This document shows, one piece after another, positions 60,936 through 64,000 of a stretch of DNA of 64,000 bases; within the stretch, counting starts at the first letter, position 1; each line of letters starts with the position of its first letter. Made by a program: the position numbers and the translations under genes. This DNA comes from Eledone cirrhosa (Eukaryota), in the NCBI GenBank assembly GCA_964016885.1, contig OZ024762.1, forward strand, positions 3,224,001 through 3,288,000, given 5' to 3'. The notes beneath the pieces were generated by a model that ran no database searches, had not been told where the DNA came from, and saw only the letters and a program-made list of their open reading frames with translations.

Positions 60936-63890
60936 TTATATAGTATGGGTATCTGGACTTATTGTTGTTGTTTGTTTAGGTAACAACTGTTGACCGTTAC
61001 CAGGGGCAACAGAACGACTACATCCTGTTATCTCTTGTCAGAACGAAGGCTGTAGGACATCTTCGGTGAGTTTTACTTCTCATCCCTCTCTGTCTCTCTC
61101 CTCCCTTACTTTCTCTTTTTCTCTCTCATCTCCCTTTCTCTTTTTTTCTCTTACCTCCCTTTCTTTCTCTTTCTCATCTCTCTGTCTCTCTCTTTTTCCC
61201 TTTTCTTTCTCTTTTTCTATCTCTCATCTCTCTCTCTCCCACTCTGTCCCTTCTCTCCCTCTCTCTCTAGTTTAGAAATAGATACACTATCCCTGCATGT
61301 ATCATCACCACCACCACTATCATCACTGTCATTATCATTATCACCATCATCACCATTATCTTCATCATCAGCACCACCATCACATCATCATCATCATCAC
61401 CATCATCATCACCATTATTGATACTATCAATTGTTATATATATATATATATGTCTCCCTATTCTGTTTTTCAGTGATGTGCGACGTCTTATTGTAGCATT
61501 GTCACGTGCACGTCTAGGGTTGTATGTCTTTGCACGGGTCTCTCTCTTCCGCAACTGTTTTGAACTGACTCCAGCATTTAATAAGGTTTGTTACAGCAAT
61601 CTTTCCTTTAACCCCTTTCATTGATATCTATACTCCGTATATATATAACAATAAAAGAGAAAACACAGGTAAGCATTAAAAAATGGATTTTATCCAGGTA
61701 TTTAATTATTTATGTTTGCCATCATGTAATTTTACAGCTAACGAGTCGGCCAATTAATCTGCAACTGACACCAACTGAAGTCTACCCCCCAGTACGTAAG
61801 GTGAGTAGCTCTGAAAATAATACCACCACCCCCAGCAACATCGCCACCACCCCCAGCAACATCATTACCATCATCATCAACACAACCATTATCATGACCA
61901 TCTGTTAAATGGTTGTTGTTGTATTATTATTATTTACATGGCAGTGTATTGGCAGTAGAATCGGTAGAGCGTTGGACACCATGCTTTTCAGCATAGAGTT
62001 ACGACCCTTTACGTTCTGTGTTCAAATCCCGCCGAGGTTAACTTTGCCTTTCATCCTTACGGGGTCGATAAAATAAAGTACCAGTCACGCACAGGGGGCG
62101 ATTTAATCGACTTTCCCCTACTCCCAAATTGCTGGCCTTGTGCCTTTATAAGAAACCATTTTCGATAAAATAAAGTACCAGTAATGCACTGGGTAATTGC
62201 TGGCCTTGTGCCTAAAGTAGAAACAATTATTATTCTTGGAGTCTCAGTCATTGATGTTATTTAACTGGAAAGTTTGTTGAAATGAATATCATGCCGCTAC
62301 CTGTAGCCTCAGATATTCAGGACGTATTGGAGGGTTGTTGCTGTTCCCAGCAAGCATGCCTTTTGAAGTGTTACAAAAAAGGGGGACTGGACTAATGTTC
62401 TTTAACCATCCTTGAAAACTCTGTGAGATAGTACCTAGTGCTCCTATGATAATCGGGACGACCTTGATCACATGACAGTCCCAAATCCTTTTTAACTCCC
62501 ACTTTAAATCCTGGTATCGGTTAATTTTTTCCTTCTCCTTTTCTTACACTCTTGTGTCTAAGGGGCAGGCTACATCTATAAGCAGACACAATCTTTTTTT
62601 ACCTTGTCAAAAACCACCAGGTCAGGCCTATTGTGTTCTAATTTCTTGTCTGTCAGTATCCTGAAATCCCATATCACCTTCACTCGATCATTTTCTATCA
62701 CCATTATTACTATTACTATTTACACCAACAGGTTACTGAACCAGCGTATGGTAAAGTAGTTGTTATGGACGACATGGCTCAGATGGCACAGTTTGTCTTT
62801 GATTTCTATAACTCCAAGGTTGACACCCTCATGCGTCAACGAACATTTGCTAAAGTAAGTAACAGCTGCTTTTCATTTGAACCTATTTTATATTAACCCT
62901 CTAGCATTTACATTACTCTATATATACTATGTATTTTCACGGTCAAGGCTTTATCTCACATAACATTTACATTACTCTATATATACTATGTATTTTCACG
63001 GTAAAGGCTTTATCTCACATAACATTTACATTACTCTATATATACTATTGTATTTTCACGTAAAGGGCTTTACCTCACATAATATCGAATCTGAGATTTT
63101 GAAATTATTTATATTGAGAACAATACCTTAACATAAGTATGAGTAACTAGTTACAGCCAGTTTAAACAGAAAGAGGTGAGGGAATCCTGGTCGGATATGG
63201 CCGCTTTAACCCTGTGATATAGATAGATCAAATGTAACAAACTAAGTGAGAAATTAGGAATAACAGGAATCAGATGCTGTTTACTTGAGAGGAGATTACG
63301 TTGGTGTGGTCATGTGATACGCATGAAAGACGACAGCTGGTTGATCAAAATTGATGGAAGTTATGGAGTAGGTAGACCCAGAAAAACCTGGGACGATATG
63401 ATAAAAACTCACCTTGCACACTTACACCTCTCTAAGACAATGTCACTGGATTGAGACCTTTGGCGCTACCCAGTAATACAGAAGACCCACCTTCCCTACT
63501 TACAAAGTTAACATAGTCAGTAGGCCCCTCCTAACCAAATATACACCCCAACCCACTACCCCTAAACCATCCTCCCTTCTCTGAAAAGTTATGTTGGTAC
63601 CACAGAACATCCAGTCCAAACTAAAGAGGTCGTGTAGGTGTTACGACAAAAAGTACCCAGTCCACACTGTAAATATGGTTGTTAGGAAGGGCATCCAGCT
63701 GTAGAAAACCTGCCAGATACAGTCCTATACGAGCGAGACACTGTCACCCAATCAATCTTGCCTCAAGTGGGACAATCCCTGTCTAACCCATGCTAGCATG
63801 GAAGATAGATGTTAAACTATGATGATGTAACCCGTCTTGTTCATATTCACAGTTATAGCTAACTTTTGTTTTCTTTATTTACAGCGATGA
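28092..63890 (+). CDS. AQR: RNA helicase Aquarius (intron-binding protein 160), spliced gene with 38 coding exons, ~1379 aa
   Basis: Manual exon chain with GT-AG introns and consistent phases, summing to 4140 nt. The translation matches AQR as recalled: APTVEQI, EFSQYLE, VNEKFRE, Walker [45 protein letters not shown]. Confidence 0.97.
28465..28521 (+). CDS. AQR: AQR exon 2 ([19 protein letters not shown])
   Basis: tttag / gttagc, phase 0-0. Confidence 0.9.
28590..29045. repeat. ~21-bp minisatellite in AQR intron 2
   Basis: Unit ttcacaaattacagtacacat. Confidence 0.85.
29058..29098 (+). CDS. AQR: AQR exon 3 ([13 protein letters not shown])
   Basis: tgtag / gtaagt. Confidence 0.93.
30088..30123 (+). 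CDS. AQR: AQR exon 4 ([12 protein letters not shown])
   Basis: ttccag / gtaagt. Confidence 0.93.
31210..31432 (-). mobile_element. RTE-clade LINE 3' fragment; related pieces at 8600-8830, 15060-15200, 30260-30650 and 63225-63490
   Basis: Translation [16 protein letters not shown]...G.R.G.PRK...DEVIKADL, typical of the RTE ORF C-terminus. Confidence 0.75.
31517..31562 (+). CDS. AQR: AQR exon 5 ([15 protein letters not shown])
   Basis: tttcag / gtatgt. Confidence 0.93.
32330..32404 (+). CDS. AQR: AQR exon 6 ([25 protein letters not shown])
   Basis: ccacag / gtaaga. Confidence 0.95.
32820..33137 (+). mobile_element. SINE 3' part with (ATG)n tail; other copies at 6700-7030, 7080-7240, 30838-31100, 46690-46878, 48745-48930, 63620-63830
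   Basis: Recurrent gtaaagtggttggtgttaggaagggcatccagctgtagaaa...aatggacgtaaaatgatgatgat. Confidence 0.8.
33541..33675 (+). CDS. AQR: AQR exon 7 (AFQSKPDNF...LIHCFNSL)
   Basis: ttgcag / gtaagt. Confidence 0.95.
34252..34320 (+). CDS. AQR: AQR exon 8 ([23 protein letters not shown])
   Basis: tgacag / gtaagt. Confidence 0.95.
34575..34752 (+). CDS. AQR: AQR exon 9 ([16 protein letters not shown]...EQIPEK)
   Basis: Weak AAG acceptor (ccaaaag), chosen by frame and length; donor gtaaga. Confidence 0.85.
35322..35500 (+). CDS. AQR: AQR exon 10 ([24 protein letters not shown]...)
   Basis: cttcag / gtaaat. Confidence 0.95.
36310..36423 (+). CDS. AQR: AQR exon 11 ([18 protein letters not shown]...ITALQ)
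   Basis: caacag / gtaaca. Confidence 0.95.
37195..37444 (-). mobile_element. tRNA-headed SINE of a second family; + strand copy at ~56705-57085
   Basis: On the minus strand a tRNA-like head (ggtctagtggttagggtg..gggttccattcc) is followed by a core shared with 56760-56960. Confidence 0.7.
37856..37959 (+). CDS. AQR: AQR exon 12 ([24 protein letters not shown]...)
   Basis: ttccag / gtaggc. Confidence 0.93.
38785..38887 (+). CDS. AQR: AQR exon 13 (...[12 protein letters not shown]...EFLLELL)
   Basis: cttcag / gtaagt. Confidence 0.92.
39025..39545. repeat. 48-bp minisatellite derived from a SINE segment
   Basis: Unit cacccagtacactctgtaaattggtagtgttggtgccagagtaaaatg. Confidence 0.85.
39674..39794 (+). 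CDS. AQR: AQR exon 14 (...[24 protein letters not shown])
   Basis: tttcag / gtgaga. Confidence 0.95.
40193..40829. repeat. ~132-bp essentially perfect inverted repeat (40193-40324 / 40698-40829)
   Basis: Direct reverse-complement reading of the two arms. Confidence 0.9.
41185..41277 (+). CDS. AQR: AQR exon 15 ([30 protein letters not shown])
   Basis: caacag / gtaagt. Confidence 0.96.
41964..42012 (+). CDS. AQR: AQR exon 16 ([16 protein letters not shown])
   Basis: ttccag / gtaaca. Confidence 0.95.
42226..42304 (+). CDS. AQR: AQR exon 17 ([18 protein letters not shown])
   Basis: ctccag / gtgtgt. Confidence 0.95.
42743..44017 (-). mobile_element. Full-length but defective Tc1/mariner DD37D (maT-type) transposon in AQR intron 17
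   Basis: 25-bp imperfect TIRs (CAGGGTGCGGACGATATTTGTTCGC / GCGAACAAATATCATCCACACCCTA) in TA-rich flanks, ~1.27 kb. Confidence 0.92.
42864..43890 (-). pseudogene. DD37D transposase pseudogene
   Basis: Motifs WFFSNEK (first D changed to N), QQDSAPCH and [16 protein letters not shown], with 37 aa between the second and third D. In-frame stops at 43693, 43162 and 42901, plus a C-terminal frameshift. Confidence 0.9.
44413..44512 (+). CDS. AQR: AQR exon 18 ([22 protein letters not shown]...EWE)
   Basis: tgacag / gtcagt. Confidence 0.95.
45047..45214 (+). CDS. AQR: AQR exon 19 ([12 protein letters not shown]...YVRGCEIEG...VIEE)
   Basis: tttcag / gtaagg. Confidence 0.95.
45345..45862. repeat. 28-bp minisatellite, ~18 copies
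   Basis: Unit ctacatctgtttcctcactatcacctct. Confidence 0.92.
45909..46015 (+). CDS. AQR: AQR exon 20 ([27 protein letters not shown]...)
   Basis: tgttag / gtaatt. Confidence 0.95.
46444..46613 (+). CDS. AQR: AQR exon 21 ([27 protein letters not shown]...)
   Basis: tgttag / gtaagt. Confidence 0.96.
47289..47423 (+). CDS. AQR: AQR exon 22 ([16 protein letters not shown]...PPFR)
   Basis: caccag, separated from the pyrimidine tract by (ACC)n; donor gtattt. Confidence 0.92.
47770..47907 (+). CDS. AQR: AQR exon 23 (...[16 protein letters not shown])
   Basis: ccacag / gtaata. Confidence 0.93.
48496..48676 (+). CDS. AQR: AQR exon 24 (Q motif and Walker A GPPGTGKT)
   Basis: ccatag / gttagt. Confidence 0.97.
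50256..50459. mobile_element. Tc2/pogo-like MITE
   Basis: TA-CTGTATATACTTGAATATAAGCC ... GGCTTATATTTGAGTATACACAG-TA. Confidence 0.65.
50531..50640 (+). CDS. AQR: AQR exon 25 ([27 protein letters not shown]...)
   Basis: ttgtag / gtcaga. Confidence 0.96.
51490..51772. repeat. ~41-bp minisatellite ending in the exon 26 acceptor
   Basis: Unit ttaaatacccaggtgtaacacatcctttgtaatatatctcg. Confidence 0.85.
51771..51906 (+). CDS. AQR: AQR exon 26 ([11 protein letters not shown]...[13 protein letters not shown])
   Basis: ccccag / gtgagt. Confidence 0.96.
52124..52159 (+). ncRNA. Minimal hammerhead relic in AQR intron 26 (core A6U)
   Basis: TTTC-CTGTTGA-A-AGAC gtaa GTCC-GAAA-CG-TT-GAAA; downstream flank resembles the 13651 and 14934 flanks. 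Confidence 0.6.
52239..52292 (+). CDS. AQR: AQR exon 27 ([18 protein letters not shown])
   Basis: ccacag / gttggt. Confidence 0.92.
52745..52906 (+). CDS. AQR: AQR exon 28 (...[13 protein letters not shown]...[14 protein letters not shown])
   Basis: attcag / gtgata. Confidence 0.94.
53153..53290 (+). CDS. AQR: AQR exon 29 ([11 protein letters not shown]...[15 protein letters not shown]...GFK)
   Basis: caccag / gtaaac. Confidence 0.96.
54304..54375 (+). CDS. AQR: AQR exon 30 ([24 protein letters not shown]; Walker B)
   Basis: ttccag / gtatac. Confidence 0.96.
54376..55546. repeat. AT-rich ~33-bp minisatellite filling all of AQR intron 30
   Basis: Unit (t)atactatactatatatatataactactgtc. Confidence 0.92.
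55547..55734 (+). CDS. AQR: AQR exon 31 ([20 protein letters not shown]...DAQGRARA)
   Basis: tttcag / gtaaaa. Confidence 0.97.
56390..56561 (+). CDS. AQR: AQR exon 32 ([15 protein letters not shown]...[11 protein letters not shown])
   Basis: caatag / gtgagg. Confidence 0.96.
58443..59690. repeat. 59-73-bp tandem array (~18 units) inside a piggyBac-like MITE
   Basis: Unit tatgtgaggtaaagcatttacagtgaaaatacaatagaatatatagagtaatgtaaatg. Confidence 0.92.
59748..59918 (+). CDS. AQR: AQR exon 33 (NLAEAEF...[24 protein letters not shown]...)
   Basis: ttgtag / gtaaaa. Confidence 0.96.
60980..61065 (+). CDS. AQR: AQR exon 34 ([29 protein letters not shown])
   Basis: gtttag / gtgagt. Confidence 0.96.
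61474..61585 (+). CDS. AQR: AQR exon 35 ([25 protein letters not shown]...)
   Basis: tttcag / gtttgt. Confidence 0.96.
61738..61800 (+). CDS. AQR: AQR exon 36 ([21 protein letters not shown])
   Basis: ttacag / gtgagt. Confidence 0.93.
61938..62230 (+). mobile_element. Abundant tRNA-derived SINE; other copies include 16363-16470, 20793-21100, 26060-26250, 31863-32050, 37460-37645, 38430-38645, 44655-45015, 52320-52710, 57525-57627
   Basis: B-box GTTCAAATCC followed by the core ctttgcctttcatccttacggggtcgataaaataaagtaccagt, recurring throughout the window. Confidence 0.85.
62290..62697 (-). mobile_element. R4/Dong-like non-LTR retrotransposon fragment (restriction-like endonuclease domain); related piece at ~53780-53965
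   Basis: Minus strand reads [53 protein letters not shown], with a frameshift and a stop. Confidence 0.8.
62732..62854 (+). CDS. AQR: AQR exon 37 (...[16 protein letters not shown]...TFAK)
   Basis: caacag / gtaagt; resembles the recalled human MPQMANFVY segment. Confidence 0.9.
63885..63890 (+). CDS. AQR: AQR putative terminal exon, coding part CGA TGA (R-stop), followed by 3' UTR
   Basis: gctaac branch-like motif at 63858, pyrimidine tract and ttacag acceptor, then an in-frame stop. An alternative exon beyond the window cannot be excluded. Confidence 0.65.
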   Translation, partial: R

Positions 63891-64000
63891 TGTTGAAACA
63901 CGGACAGATCTTTTTTTACAAAATCCTGGACATCTATTGTTGCTCAGATAAACAGTTACCTGTATGACAGTAGTTATAATTGATCAGTGACACCTGTCTT

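Overview
This is AT-rich, microsatellite-dense eukaryotic DNA. The SINE, LINE and MITE families point to an octopod cephalopod (inference). The main gene is an apparently complete + strand AQR (Aquarius/IBP160, SF1 spliceosomal helicase). I assembled it by hand as 38 GT-AG coding exons from 28092 to 63890, totalling 4140 nt and about 1379 aa with all phases consistent. A second, unidentified spliced gene probably runs on the - strand, head-to-head with AQR (candidate exons ~23256+, 9148-9300 and 249-317). The introns hold a decayed DD37D (maT-type) Tc1/mariner element, several MITE families, SINEs, RTE and R4/Dong LINE fragments, and many minisatellites. The most striking unannotated signal is about 12 type I hammerhead-ribozyme folds on both strands, in at least 7 sequence-distinct families. 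Most have a self-complementary helix III, as in Penelope-like-element and retrozyme hammerheads. They include copy-to-copy covariation, core variants, same-strand tandem pairs and a back-to-back palindromic pair. All folds were derived by eye and their activity is untested. Nearly all ORFs in the supplied track are microsatellite artefacts.
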